Assembly (NCBI GenBank): GCA_963702205.1
Contig: OY969724.1
Span: forward strand, 2,496,001-2,560,000
DNA from: an uncultured candidate division Zixibacteria bacterium
GTDB taxonomy: Bacteria; Zixibacteria; MSB-5A5; GN15; PGXB01
Direction: 5' to 3'
DNA length: 64,000 bases
Shown: piece by piece, positions 50,438 through 60,950 of the stretch
Numbering within the stretch: the stretch's first letter is position 1
Layout of the letters: every line of letters begins with the position of its first letter
Made by a program: the position numbers and the translations under genes
Notes under the pieces: generated by a model
Told to the model about the DNA's origin: nothing
What the model saw: the letters and a program-made list of their open reading frames with translations, nothing else
Database searches by the model: none

Positions 50438-52825
50438 TCAATCTATGAGAGCCGCAAAGTGGGGATCGAGCTGGACCTCTTTTTCGGTCGGTCCGGCATG
50501 TAATTGCATGGATAGATCAAGAATTTCTTTGGCTTTCTTGAGGTCGCCGGACAGGGCATAGACGCGGGCAATGTTGTACAGGATTTCACCATCAGCCTCG
50601 TCACCATGGCTGATGTTCTCGACCATGTCGATGGCTCTTTCGAATTCCCCGAGTCCGGCCAGCGCCATGGCTTTGTACACTTTGACATAGACGTTGCCCG
50701 GATCGTCTTTTTCGTATTCCGCTCCGGCTTCGATAGAAAGCTGGAAAGCCCTTTCGGCTTCGGCCGGATGGCCGGCCAGCTTTTCCAGCAAACCATTGTA
50801 GTAGTGAGCGATGAAAACCATATAGCCGTTTTCTATCGACTCGGCGAAACATCGACGGCCCTTATCGAATTCGCCTTGTGACATATGGATATAACCCGAA
50901 GAAATGCAGCAGTTGGGGTCGCCTTTAAATTTAGAGGCCAGGTTAAAATTCTCGAGGGCGAGGTCGGCCAAACCAAGTTTCAGGTATATGGTTCCGAGGT
51001 TGTAATAGGCGCGGCCATAGTCGGGTCCCAGTTCAATGGCGCGCCTTAACGTCGCCATCGCCAGAGTGTATTTGCGCAGGTCCATATTTATAAGACTCAA
51101 GAGCAGATGCGTCTCCAGATCAGTAGGAGCCTGCCGGAGGGCCTTTCCGGCCCATTCCAAAGCCTTATTGTGATCGCCTTGCATTTCTTTCAGCCATGCC
51201 AGGGTTCTGAAACCGACGGCATACTTGGGGTTGAATTCTATGGCCTTCAGGAATGATTTCTCGGCCTGGTTAAAGCTCCCCGTAAACATCTGGCATCGTC
51301 CCAGGGCGCGATGGCCCTCGGCCAGACGGGGATTTATGGTAATGGCTCGCTTGGCGGCGTCGATAGCGGCCATGATCTTTTCCGGCGTGTGCTCGTAATA
51401 GGCCATATACTGGAAGGCGTAGACGTCGGAGAGTCCGGCATAAGCCAGGGCCATGTATTGATCAATACTGATGGCCTTTTTGAACATATCCACGGCGAAT
51501 TCGAGATCGTCGGGTTTATTGGTCTGATAATAGCTCTTGCCCTTGAGATAATAATCATAAGCGGAGACATTGGTCTTGAGTATCTCGTCGACTTCTATTG
51601 CAGAATATCCGGTTACTTCGGCCAACATGATAGAGGCGTCCTCAGCGGCTTTTGACAGGATATCGAAAAGCTCTTCGACCTGGCCGTCGTATTTTTCAGA
51701 GAATACCAGTGTGTCCCCTTTGCCGCCATAGATGCTCAAACTTAGTTTTATAATATTGGCCAGTCTCATCAATGATCCGGTCATCACGAAATCGGTATGG
51801 CATTTGTCGAATAATTCCGGAATATCGCGGGGGACCGAGGTCGCCGGTTCGGCCGTCACGACGAGGTCGGTTCGTTTGGCCAGTTCGTTGCGGATGTCAT
51901 CGGTAAAGCCCTCGGCGAAATAATCCCAACTCGGGTCGCCGGACAGATTCTTCAGGTGGATGACCGTAATGGTTTGTCGTGGCCGGATGGTGGTCATATC
52001 GGACGCGCCCGGGTCGGCTGACCGGCTGGAATTCATAAACTCGATGACTTCGTCCATATCGGGATATCTATCCGACGGCGACTTGGCCAGAAGTTTCTGT
52101 ATGAGGAAACCAATCCAGGCGGGGAGGTCACGATTCAATTCGCAGGGGGAAGAAGGGTCCTCGTGCAGAATCGAATACATTATGCTGGCCGAAAACTCGC
52201 CCTCAAAAGGCCTGTGGCCTGTAAACAATTCATAGAGTATAATTCCGAAACTGAACAGGTCCGAAGCGGGTGTCAGGGGTTCTCCCGATAATTGCTCCGG
52301 TGAAAGGTAGAGCAGGGTTCCTTCAACATTGCCCTGGGCATCGACGCTGTCGGTGTGGATGGTTTTAGCGAGACCGAAGTCGAGAATTTTCACCTGACCA
52401 TCAGCGTTAATGCCGATATTTTCAGGCTTCAGATCGCGGTGGATCAGCCCGGCCTTATGCGCGGCCTGAATTCCCCTGGCTATCTGCAGCACAAGGTCAA
52501 GTTTCTGTTCTAAATCGAGATTTTTCGCAAAATCCGCAAGCAATTCGCCGCTTATCAGCTCCAGGGCAATAAAGGGAATGTTGTCGATCTCGGATTGTTC
52601 CCAAACCCCGACGACGTTGGGCGAATCGATACTGGCGGCGATTTCCGCCTCTTTGGCCAGTTTCGCCCGGTATTCAATCGAAGAGGCGAGCTTCTCGTTG
52701 ATAAGCTTCAGGGCGACGTCGCGGCCGTTGGAGGAATCATAGGCCCGGTAGACGGTACCCATGCCGCCTTTGCCGATTACCTCGCGGATTTCGTACTTGC
52801 CAAAATTTGACCCGGTGGTAAGCAT
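50438..52825 (-). CDS. Hanks-type Ser/Thr protein kinase with a TolB-like/TPR C-terminal region
   Basis: GKGGMG, VALK, HRDLKPEN, DFG, YLSPE and DLFSFG; then NLSGDPSWDYFAEG and multiple TPRs. Confidence 0.94.
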   Translation of the reverse strand: MLTTGSNFGKYEIREVIGKGGMGTVYRAYDSSNGRDVALKLINEKLASSIEYRAKLAKEAEIAASIDSPNVVGVWEQSEIDNIPFIALELISGELLADFAKNLDLEQKLDLVLQIARGIQAAHKAGLIHRDLKPENIGINADGQVKILDFGLAKTIHTDSVDAQGNVEGTLLYLSPEQLSGEPLTPASDLFSFGIILYELFTGHRPFEGEFSASIMYSILHEDPSSPCELNRDLPAWIGFLIQKLLAKSPSDRYPDMDEVIEFMNSSRSADPGASDMTTIRPRQTITVIHLKNLSGDPSWDYFAEGFTDDIRNELAKRTDLVVTAEPATSVPRDIPELFDKCHTDFVMTGSLMRLANIIKLSLSIYGGKGDTLVFSEKYDGQVEELFDILSKAAEDASIMLAEVTGYSAIEVDEILKTNVSAYDYYLKGKSYYQTNKPDDLEFAVDMFKKAISIDQYMALAYAGLSDVYAFQYMAYYEHTPEKIMAAIDAAKRAITINPRLAEGHRALGRCQMFTGSFNQAEKSFLKAIEFNPKYAVGFRTLAWLKEMQGDHNKALEWAGKALRQAPTDLETHLLLSLINMDLRKYTLAMATLRRAIELGPDYGRAYYNLGTIYLKLGLADLALENFNLASKFKGDPNCCISSGYIHMSQGEFDKGRRCFAESIENGYMVFIAHYYNGLLEKLAGHPAEAERAFQLSIEAGAEYEKDDPGNVYVKVYKAMALAGLGEFERAIDMVENISHGDEADGEILYNIARVYALSGDLKKAKEILDLSMQLHAGPTEKEVQLDPHFAALID

Positions 52826-52867
52826 ATCAGATCGTATTTTGCAGGCCGATCTTCATTTAGGCGTTGA

Positions 52868-52894
52868 TTGTCGGCCCATAAATTTTTATAATTA
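52868..52894 (-). promoter_or_regulatory. sigma28-like promoter upstream of the kinase
   Basis: Minus strand TAAT-N15-GCCGACAA versus consensus TAAA-N15-GCCGATAA. Confidence 0.45.
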
Positions 52895-52947
52895 GTTGAC
52901 CTGAATAAATATAACAAAAATTGCCCTAAACCAAAATAATAATTGCC

Positions 52948-54231
52948 ATGACCGATATTTCAGATCAGGAATTGACCAAACTGAAAAATGCGATTTCGGA
53001 ATTGTCCGCATTGAATCAGATTGCCGGGGCGATTAATGTATCGATGTCGGTCGACAAGATTTCGAAAGTAATAATTGACCGGTGTTTGAAAAAGGTTTCG
53101 GCCGAGCAGGGGACGATATTTCTGCTTGACGAGGAAGAAAAATCCGACCAGTTGAAAACGTTCGTGCGCCAGATGGATTCCGGGGTCGAACAAATCCCGC
53201 TGCGATTAAATCTTAATTTGACCGGCTGGATCATTAAGAACAAGAAAATACTGTTGAGTAACGAGCCCAAGACGGACAACAGGTTTATGGAACTGGATTT
53301 TGACGAAATAGGTATCCGATCGATCCTGGCGGCGCCGCTTTTGACCCGCAAGGGACTAATCGGAGTGCTGGCACTTTTTAATAAAAGTGGCGACGGTGGC
53401 TTTTCCGAAGAAGACAAAAGGTTTACCGGAATCGTGGCGACGCAGACGTCGAGCGTCATCGAAAACGCCCGCCTGTTCGAGCGTGAAAAAAAACTCATTA
53501 CCATAGAAGAAGAACTCAACATCGCTCAGAATATCCAGCGCGGATTCCTGCCCAAAGGTGATTTTGTCAGCGACAGCGTTGAAATCTGCGGGATAAACAT
53601 ACCGGCCAAAGAAATGGGCGGCGACTACTACGATATTGTCGATCTGGGAGACGAGCGGATTTTTATTTCGCTGGGCGACGTCTCCGGGAAAGGGATGCCG
53701 GCGGCACTGCTAATGGCCAACGCCCAGGCGGTACTGCGGTCACAGCTTTCCCGAGTTAGCAAAGATTCGCTTCCCGAGATTGCAGCCAGCCTGAATCACC
53801 TGATCTATCAGTTCACGACTCCGGCGGAATATATAACGGCGATTTTCGGCTATTATGACGGCCATGAGGGGAAACTGCATTATATCAACGCCGGTCATCT
53901 GCCGCCGATAGTTATCGGTCCCGACGGCCACATGCGCAGTGAGGAAAAAGCCGATCTCGTCATAGGGGTATTTCCGGCCGTAGAATATACTCCCAATGAA
54001 ATTGAGCTGCAATCGGGGGAATTTGTATTTATCTGCACCGACGGCATCACGGAAGCTGAAAACAACGAAGGTGAGCAGTTCGGCGATAATCGACTTGAGG
54101 CGTTTTTGGCCGGGAAAGGCGGCAGCAATGCCTCCGGCATCAAGATGAAACTCCTGAACGAACTATCCGCTTTTCGTGCCGGGGCGCTTCAATCAGATGA
54201 CATCACCATGCTGCTTATTATAAGAAAATAA
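52948..54231 (+). CDS. GAF domain + SpoIIE/RsbU-type PP2C phosphatase
   Basis: GAF region (RSILAAPL..IGVLALFNK); GGDYYD, GDVSGKG, NAGH, TDGITEA and DDIT. Confidence 0.93.
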   Translation: MTDISDQELTKLKNAISELSALNQIAGAINVSMSVDKISKVIIDRCLKKVSAEQGTIFLLDEEEKSDQLKTFVRQMDSGVEQIPLRLNLNLTGWIIKNKKILLSNEPKTDNRFMELDFDEIGIRSILAAPLLTRKGLIGVLALFNKSGDGGFSEEDKRFTGIVATQTSSVIENARLFEREKKLITIEEELNIAQNIQRGFLPKGDFVSDSVEICGINIPAKEMGGDYYDIVDLGDERIFISLGDVSGKGMPAALLMANAQAVLRSQLSRVSKDSLPEIAASLNHLIYQFTTPAEYITAIFGYYDGHEGKLHYINAGHLPPIVIGPDGHMRSEEKADLVIGVFPAVEYTPNEIELQSGEFVFICTDGITEAENNEGEQFGDNRLEAFLAGKGGSNASGIKMKLLNELSAFRAGALQSDDITMLLIIRK

Positions 54232-54239
54232 AATCGGCG

Positions 54240-56309
54240 ATGAGGATTTCCGCAAAAAATATTGTATTATATTTTGTATTGGTCGTGTCGGTAATTTCAA
54301 TTGTGGTGAGATTTTTATATCTCGATGCCGACCCACCGCTTTTTTTTCAAAATACGTCGCAGGCTCTTCTGACTGATCCATATAATGTAACCTATGCCGC
54401 CCGAAATAAAGCCCTTTTCGACAAATGGGATACATTCGATTATCATCGATGGGAAGCGTTTAAGTATTCTCTGTCGTCATTCAGTGCATACATCTTTTTT
54501 AAGCTGGGGGGAGTATCGAGGATTACGGCCAATCTGTCTGCAACGGGTCTAAGCCTGTCGGCCATTTTGCTTTTTATCTGGGCGGTTTATTCGTATTCTC
54601 GACGGGCCTCGGCGTTTGCCGCCGTGTTATTACTGGCGAATGCCTTTATAATCATTTACGGGCGATACCCGTTTCTTGAAAACGGTCTGCTTTTCATCAG
54701 TGTCGTGCTGTTCGTGGTATTCGTAAAATTCTATCCCCGAAAATGGGCTATAGTTGCGGCCGCGATTTTAACTTCCCTGTGTGTCTTATCGGGAAAGGCC
54801 TTCGGTGTTATTATGGCGGTTCCGGTAATGACCATAATAGTGTTCGAGCGTCGTCAAAAATGGCTTCTCGATCTCGGGTTCTATGTGGTTTCGGGCATCA
54901 TTTCGGGCATAGCCCTATTATGGTTGTATTACGGTTCACGTTATGATATTGTATATCATTATATTTCCGAACAATCGACCGGGCTTTACGGTTTTCCGCA
55001 GGCGCTGTCATCGGTGCCGGTCTTTTTCGAGCAATTGGTGAGTTTCGGCGGGCAATCGAAGTTTTATTATTTATCTCCGTTTATTTTATTTCTGTTTTTT
55101 ATAACTTTGGTAAATCTGCTCTTGCGTGAAGGGAATCTTTATGATTATCTGAAGAAAAGACGTCAGTTTCTGTTCTGCCTGGCCTGGTTTTTCTTCGGTT
55201 TTCTTTTTCTAATGGTTTTCAATAACCGGCCGTTGAGGTACAGAATGATTCTAATGCCCGCGCTGGCCGGCCTGATTGCTTTTGGCATGGCGGATTTGCC
55301 GAAAACCGTCCGCGATCAAAAGTTGAATATTCCGAGAATAATCGGAACTTTATTGCTCTGCTGGCATGTTTGTACACAAGTAATATTCCTGTTTTATTCA
55401 TCCAAAGTCACCCCGGCGCAGCATCACGCAATAAGCTGGTACACGTTCATCCCGGGCGCTCTGTTTACCGCGCTTATTTATTTTTTGCATCGACCGACTT
55501 TCAAATTTATCAATTATAAATCACTGCTGCCGTACGCACTTATAATACTATGCGTTTTTTATCAGGGCCATTGGATATATGACTGGTTCTCGCATCGTGT
55601 CTATGAATTAAAAAGGGCCAATCAGGATTTGGAGCAGATAGTCGCGCCCAATGCAATCATAATGGGTCCTTATTCGCAGGCTCTGACAATCGATAACGGT
55701 CTCCTATCGTTCGTATATATGTTCGGTTTGACCAGTGTCGAAAACGATCTTTTCTCCGGAACTCCGTTTACGCACGTCGCCACCGACGGGGCCAATTGGG
55801 ATAGGGCGACGCGCATTTTTCCGGATCTAAAAAATCAGGAGTCCGAGACACGCTATTGGGTCAGGGAATTTTCGGTTGATATATATCGCTGCCCGGAAAC
55901 CGACAAAGCCCGGCCGTACTATCCAACGGACTATGAAAAAGCGGTAGGATTTTTATACACGAACTCCCCTGATAGTACCCTTTTCTACCTGAACCGCTTT
56001 CGAGAGAAGTTTCCCAATAATGTCTCGGGATTAACACTTCTATCCAATTATTATCTTGTAACGCGGCAATTTTCAAAAGGGTTGTCGGTCATGGATGAAA
56101 TCAACGAGCTTTATCCGGGTGAATTCACGTATTGCATCGAAAGCGGATTCACATACTACAAAGTCTACCTGCTGACGGGCAAACCGGAAATGCTTTCAAG
56201 GGCCGAGGAGCTATTCAGGCAAGCGGTGAAGCTGAATCCGTTGGCGGCGGAAACAGTAGACGATGCAAGACATCAGGCCGACGAGACCATGCGGAAATAT
56301 AAGAAATAG
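54240..56309 (+). CDS. GT-C fold (ArnT/PMT, GT39-like) membrane glycosyltransferase with a C-terminal TPR-like region
   Basis: RFLYLDADPP..LLTD after TM1; about 12 TM segments; PLRY loop; helical C-terminus. Confidence 0.7.
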   Translation: MRISAKNIVLYFVLVVSVISIVVRFLYLDADPPLFFQNTSQALLTDPYNVTYAARNKALFDKWDTFDYHRWEAFKYSLSSFSAYIFFKLGGVSRITANLSATGLSLSAILLFIWAVYSYSRRASAFAAVLLLANAFIIIYGRYPFLENGLLFISVVLFVVFVKFYPRKWAIVAAAILTSLCVLSGKAFGVIMAVPVMTIIVFERRQKWLLDLGFYVVSGIISGIALLWLYYGSRYDIVYHYISEQSTGLYGFPQALSSVPVFFEQLVSFGGQSKFYYLSPFILFLFFITLVNLLLREGNLYDYLKKRRQFLFCLAWFFFGFLFLMVFNNRPLRYRMILMPALAGLIAFGMADLPKTVRDQKLNIPRIIGTLLLCWHVCTQVIFLFYSSKVTPAQHHAISWYTFIPGALFTALIYFLHRPTFKFINYKSLLPYALIILCVFYQGHWIYDWFSHRVYELKRANQDLEQIVAPNAIIMGPYSQALTIDNGLLSFVYMFGLTSVENDLFSGTPFTHVATDGANWDRATRIFPDLKNQESETRYWVREFSVDIYRCPETDKARPYYPTDYEKAVGFLYTNSPDSTLFYLNRFREKFPNNVSGLTLLSNYYLVTRQFSKGLSVMDEINELYPGEFTYCIESGFTYYKVYLLTGKPEMLSRAEELFRQAVKLNPLAAETVDDARHQADETMRKYKK

Positions 56310-56311
56310 TA

Positions 56312-56593
56312 CTATAGCAGCCTGGTGAAGTCGTCGTACGGTATAACCGGCCAGGTTTCCGTTTCAAGAATGCCGAGAGCATTGATTTCCGATGCCACGC
56401 TGAAAGCCAGTGTCTGTTCGGCGGCGTCGAACAGGGCCAGATAATCGAACCGTCCGAGGGTCGCGAATATTTCCCGCATCTTAACCCCGTGCTTTTTGAA
56501 GACATCAAAAGACCGGTTGATCCGGGTTGATAAATCGCCGCGATCTTTTTTGGCGTTGGGGTTGATCGTCATAGCCATAATGAAAAGAGCCAT
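56312..56593 (-). CDS. GYD domain protein
   Basis: 93 aa; ATLGRFDYLALFDA and TETW; GGAGG RBS. Confidence 0.8.
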   Translation of the reverse strand: MALFIMAMTINPNAKKDRGDLSTRINRSFDVFKKHGVKMREIFATLGRFDYLALFDAAEQTLAFSVASEINALGILETETWPVIPYDDFTRLL

Positions 56594-56665
56594 AATTCTA
56601 ACCTCCCTTAATGGTATCTGTCTTAAAAATAAGCGATTGGAGATATTCGAGCAAGAAAAGAAGAG

Positions 56666-57595
56666 CTATAATTTCAATTCGTCGTAGTCGGGTCGGAGCA
56701 TATTGTAAAATCCCGGTATAATCGCAAAATCAAGGGGATAGTCGTCCCGCCTGATGAAATAGCGAGTCGGCTTTTCGACGTTCGGTTTATAGAAGGTCAA
56801 AGTGTGCTCCGTGCCGTCGTCCATTTTGACGGTAAACGTATAATCGGTCGTTTTAAAATCGTACTGGGTGCTGTCGTCGCCGCCCGGAAAACCGGTCGCG
56901 GCAAGGTTTCTCATAAGGTCCAGAACGACCTTAACCTCACCGGGATTGGCCGTAACCGATTTCGTGTACGGCTTCTTCGCTAGAATCCAGAGAGTGTCTT
57001 TTCTATCCACACGAAAGGTCTCTTTCGGGTAGGAGAAAACCATTTCGGCGATATGGGCGGTATCCAGAGTCACGATGGTCCTGGACAGCCATTGATTCCG
57101 TCGACGGCCGAAAGTATACGTGATTTGTTTGTTGGCGGCATAGACGAAATCTTCGTTGGGCCGACGAATATAGGTATGTTTGAAATCCGGCGTCGGTTTG
57201 CCAATTATAATTTCCGAAAGCAGTTTATCACCGTCATAATAATAAACGTGTATCCCGCTGGAATCATCGACGTTGAAATCAATTTGTTTGGCGGGATTTT
57301 CGGAAATGATATTTCCTACCGTAAGTGAGCAGGAACTGTTGACCACGTTTTTCATTATGGTCGTATCGGCCAAAAGAGGCGTGGCTTCTTCCAGATACCA
57401 ATGGCCATTATCAAGAGCCAGATTGAAAGTATCGAAAGCGTTGGTTATTTTCACGGCGTTTATATCAACGGGCGACAGGTCGAGAAAATTACGGATATTT
57501 TTCCCGGAGATTCGCTTCTCTTCGTGACGACTTTGGAAGAACCAAATCGCCACGATAACGAACAGCGTTATGGCAGCGAACATCAGTCGTCTCAC
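56666..57595 (-). CDS. DUF4340 domain protein
   Basis: N-terminal TM helix; IIIGKPTPD..TYIRR; W..R repeat; typical position after gldG. Confidence 0.8.
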   Translation of the reverse strand: MRRLMFAAITLFVIVAIWFFQSRHEEKRISGKNIRNFLDLSPVDINAVKITNAFDTFNLALDNGHWYLEEATPLLADTTIMKNVVNSSCSLTVGNIISENPAKQIDFNVDDSSGIHVYYYDGDKLLSEIIIGKPTPDFKHTYIRRPNEDFVYAANKQITYTFGRRRNQWLSRTIVTLDTAHIAEMVFSYPKETFRVDRKDTLWILAKKPYTKSVTANPGEVKVVLDLMRNLAATGFPGGDDSTQYDFKTTDYTFTVKMDDGTEHTLTFYKPNVEKPTRYFIRRDDYPLDFAIIPGFYNMLRPDYDELKL

Positions 57596-59187
57596 TGGCT
57601 TCTCCCTTTCCTGGCGGAGCGTTTATACTGCCAGCGCACCAGCCCGAAGATAATGACCAGCAGGGGCATGCCGAGCATGTTGACGTATTTGACGAAATTG
57701 CGAGTGCTGTCGGAAACCACGTCGAGGGTTCGGCCCGTAACCTGTTTGGAGCGGATCGCGATCAGTCCCTGATCCTGAGTCATCCAGTCGGCGACATTCA
57801 GCAGCAGGACGAAACCGTTGGCGGCGCGTTTAAAATCATCGGTTATAAACGATCCATTGCCTATGACCACGATACGCGCGTCATCGGCTCCGACGTTGAG
57901 CTTGTCCGGAAACGCCGTGGTACCGGACGTATCCGGTCCTTCATATTTCGGCGCTTCCAAACCGCCGTAATAACTTTTAAATTTGCCCGTCAGCACCGCA
58001 CCGAGAGGGATGTTGCTTTTGACGAAGTCGGCATCGACATATTGCTTTTCCGGGGCGATATCGACCGGAAGAGCCCTTTCTCCGGCCTTTTCGGAACTGG
58101 TGAACAGAATCTGTCGGGTGGTGCCGGGTGTCAGGTCGAAAGAGAGGTCCAGCGGACTGATAAACAGAAAATCGAGTTTTTTGAAATCTTTCACGATGGC
58201 TATGTCGCGGTTAAAATTCGATATGGCCGGATAAAACGGATAGCGCACCATGCTTTGCATCTGGAACGACCCCATATTGCGCGTCACGGGAATCATATTG
58301 CATTGCAGATCGATGAGCAGTTTTTGTTCGATACCGACGCCGTAGTTGTTGAGGAGGCCCTGTAGGCCGGTCGTTATGGCACCGACAGTTCCTTTCTGAA
58401 TGTCGACATCGACTTCGTTCATCAGAAAGGCCACGTGGCCGCCGTGCATGATGTACTGGTCTATCAGATACAGTTCCCAGGCGGTCAGTTGGTTTTTGGG
58501 CTGCACGACAAAAAGGGCTTTGATTTGATCCGGGATATTGCGGATATTTTTCAGGTCAAGAAACTGCACGCGATAATCATCCGACAGAACCTGATAGGCA
58601 TATGACAGGCCCTGACTGAGGTCCGGGCCGCCGTCGCCCATCGCGAAAGCAATTGACGGGACTTCGTTTTTGACGAGCTTGTTTATCGCACGAGTGAGGT
58701 CATATTCAAGGTTGTTGGTGTTTTCTATGAACGGAATGGTCTGCATTTTGTCGCCATAGAGCAGGACCACGCCTTTGTAACCTTTGATGAATTCCGTCTT
58801 ATCGTTGCGAAAAACGTTGAACTGCAGGGGCGGAATACGATAGCTTTGAGCCTCATCCTCTTTATTATCTTTGGCCGGGTCGATGAATTCGTACTGCAGA
58901 TATCCGTTCGAGTACGCTTTATAGTCGTCGAGCAAATCCCTCAAATAACGGGCGTCGCCGTTGTGAGGCGGGGGAAGGTTCTCGGTAATAAAGGCTTTGA
59001 TAGTCAGGCGGTCGGTCAGATTTCCGACGATCTGCTTCGAGCTCGACGACAGCGAATAAATGCCGTCGTCGGTTAAATCCAGCCGTCCAAAGACGTTTAT
59101 TGAAATAAGATTCAGGACGATCAGTATGGCCGCAATGATGACGATCAGCATGATCGCCGATGATTTGGTTTTGATTTCCCTGGCCAT
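57592..59187 (-). CDS. GldG family ABC-transporter-associated protein
   Basis: RLDLT..IYSLS..S, EFIDP, LEYDLTRAI, DQYIMHGG, N..DW..D..LIAIRSK and a C-terminal TM helix. Confidence 0.9.
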   Translation of the reverse strand: MAREIKTKSSAIMLIVIIAAILIVLNLISINVFGRLDLTDDGIYSLSSSSKQIVGNLTDRLTIKAFITENLPPPHNGDARYLRDLLDDYKAYSNGYLQYEFIDPAKDNKEDEAQSYRIPPLQFNVFRNDKTEFIKGYKGVVLLYGDKMQTIPFIENTNNLEYDLTRAINKLVKNEVPSIAFAMGDGGPDLSQGLSYAYQVLSDDYRVQFLDLKNIRNIPDQIKALFVVQPKNQLTAWELYLIDQYIMHGGHVAFLMNEVDVDIQKGTVGAITTGLQGLLNNYGVGIEQKLLIDLQCNMIPVTRNMGSFQMQSMVRYPFYPAISNFNRDIAIVKDFKKLDFLFISPLDLSFDLTPGTTRQILFTSSEKAGERALPVDIAPEKQYVDADFVKSNIPLGAVLTGKFKSYYGGLEAPKYEGPDTSGTTAFPDKLNVGADDARIVVIGNGSFITDDFKRAANGFVLLLNVADWMTQDQGLIAIRSKQVTGRTLDVVSDSTRNFVKYVNMLGMPLLVIIFGLVRWQYKRSARKGRSQ

Positions 59188-59897
59188 TATTTCCACTTCC
59201 TGCTTTCAAGTGACTGGACGGTCAGGAATAAAAAGAAAAACATGACCGACAAAAAGTATATGACATCCCGGCTGTCCATGACCCCCCGGGAAATGTTATT
59301 CAAATGATAATCTATTGATAGAAATTGGATAATGTTCGCTATGAACCCGGGAAAGAGGAAAACGATTTTTTCAAGGATGAAAAACACGAAAATAATAACA
59401 AACCCGAGGATGAAAGCGACAATCTGGTTCTGTGTCAGGGATGACGTAAAAATACCGATCGAAAGATATGAACCGACCAGGAAAAACAGACCCAGATAGC
59501 CGGACATCGACGCTCCGAAATCGGGCGTACCCAGAAAAGAAATGGTCAGGTAGTGCACCAGTGTCAGCAGTATCGTAATGAATATCAGCGAACAGGCGGC
59601 GAAAAACTTGCCCAGCACCAGCTGCCACTCCTTTATGGGCAGGGTCATCAGAAGCTCGATTGTCCCGACTCTTTTTTCTTCGGAGAACAGCCGCATCGAA
59701 ATTGCCGGGACGAAAAACAGCAGGATGAAGCGCATGATTCCGAACAGGGTGCGGAGGTCGGGTGAGTTGTTCAGAAACAGGGCGGTGGAGAACTGCCAGC
59801 CGGCGATCAGCAAAAACAGCGTTATCACCACGTAGGCGACGGCCGAATCGAAATAGGCCCGGAATTCGCGCCCGGCCAGGACCAGCATCTGCCTCAT
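59187..59897 (-). CDS. GldF-type ABC-2 permease
   Basis: REFRAYFDSAVAY, PAISMRLFSEEKRVGTIELLMTLP and SLTQNQIVA. Confidence 0.92.
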   Translation of the reverse strand: MRQMLVLAGREFRAYFDSAVAYVVITLFLLIAGWQFSTALFLNNSPDLRTLFGIMRFILLFFVPAISMRLFSEEKRVGTIELLMTLPIKEWQLVLGKFFAACSLIFITILLTLVHYLTISFLGTPDFGASMSGYLGLFFLVGSYLSIGIFTSSLTQNQIVAFILGFVIIFVFFILEKIVFLFPGFIANIIQFLSIDYHLNNISRGVMDSRDVIYFLSVMFFFLFLTVQSLESRKWK

Positions 59898-60835
59898 TGC
59901 ACCTGCTCCTTGCCGGTGAGCTTGCGGAATATATCTTCAAGAGAGGTTTCTTCGAGTTTCATGCCCAGCAAAATGCTGTCGTTATTTTTGCAAATGTTAA
60001 ATATTTCCTCGCGGGGATCGGTCGTCTTAACTACTTCCAGATCAAGTTCGTAGACGTCGTCGGCAGGTTTTTTTCTTAAGGTAACCTTTTCGACTGCATC
60101 CAACTGACTGACTTTTTCGAGAAAAGTGTCATAATTATTTTTGATCAGCACGGACAGGCGATTTTTGCCTTCGAACGAACCGCGCAGCTCACCGGGGGTA
60201 CCATCGGCGACGATGTTGCCCTCGCTTATGATCAGGACCCGGTTGCAGGTAGCTTCTACTTCGGGCAAAATGTGTGAACAAAGAATAACCGTCTTTTCCT
60301 CACCGAGTTGTTTTATGAGATTCCTGATTTCAATGATCTGGTTGGGGTCGAGCCCGACGGTGGGTTCGTCGAGAATCAGAATATCCGGGTCGTGCACCAG
60401 CGCCTGAGCCAGGCCGACTCTTTGACGATAGCCTTTGGAAAGTTCGCTGATATTTTTGGCAACGACTTTATCGAGGCCGCAAATATCGATGACTTCGTTT
60501 ATTCTTTTGTCCGTCGCGCCGCCATGACCTCTCATTTTATGCATGAAATTAATAAAGTCGACGACGTTCATGTCGGTATAGAGCGGCGTGTTTTCGGGCA
60601 AATAGCCGATCCGGCGTCGCACCTCGAGCGATTCGGTCAAGACGTCGTGGCCGTCGACGGATATCACACCCGAGGTCGGGGTGAGATAGCAGGTGATAAC
60701 GCGAACCGTGGTGGTTTTTCCGGCGCCGTTAGGGCCCAAAAAACCCAGTACGGTGCCTTTTTCTACTTCGAAGGAAATATTATTGACGGCAGTTGTGTCG
60801 CCATATTGCTTGATCAGGTTCTTGACATTAATCAT
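59894..60835 (-). CDS. GldA-type ABC transporter ATP-binding protein
   Basis: GPNGAGKTT, LSKGYRQRVGLAQA and LDEPTVGLDPNQ. Confidence 0.94.
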   Translation of the reverse strand: MINVKNLIKQYGDTTAVNNISFEVEKGTVLGFLGPNGAGKTTTVRVITCYLTPTSGVISVDGHDVLTESLEVRRRIGYLPENTPLYTDMNVVDFINFMHKMRGHGGATDKRINEVIDICGLDKVVAKNISELSKGYRQRVGLAQALVHDPDILILDEPTVGLDPNQIIEIRNLIKQLGEEKTVILCSHILPEVEATCNRVLIISEGNIVADGTPGELRGSFEGKNRLSVLIKNNYDTFLEKVSQLDAVEKVTLRKKPADDVYELDLEVVKTTDPREEIFNICKNNDSILLGMKLEETSLEDIFRKLTGKEQVQ

Positions 60836-60950
60836 GGTGTCCGCAAATTAACAATAATCGATATGGCTTCCCAAAATATATTTAAAAACGGCTTTGTCAA
60901 TCCGTAATTTGAGTTATACCCTGTGTTGATTTGGTCGGTTCCAAAATATT

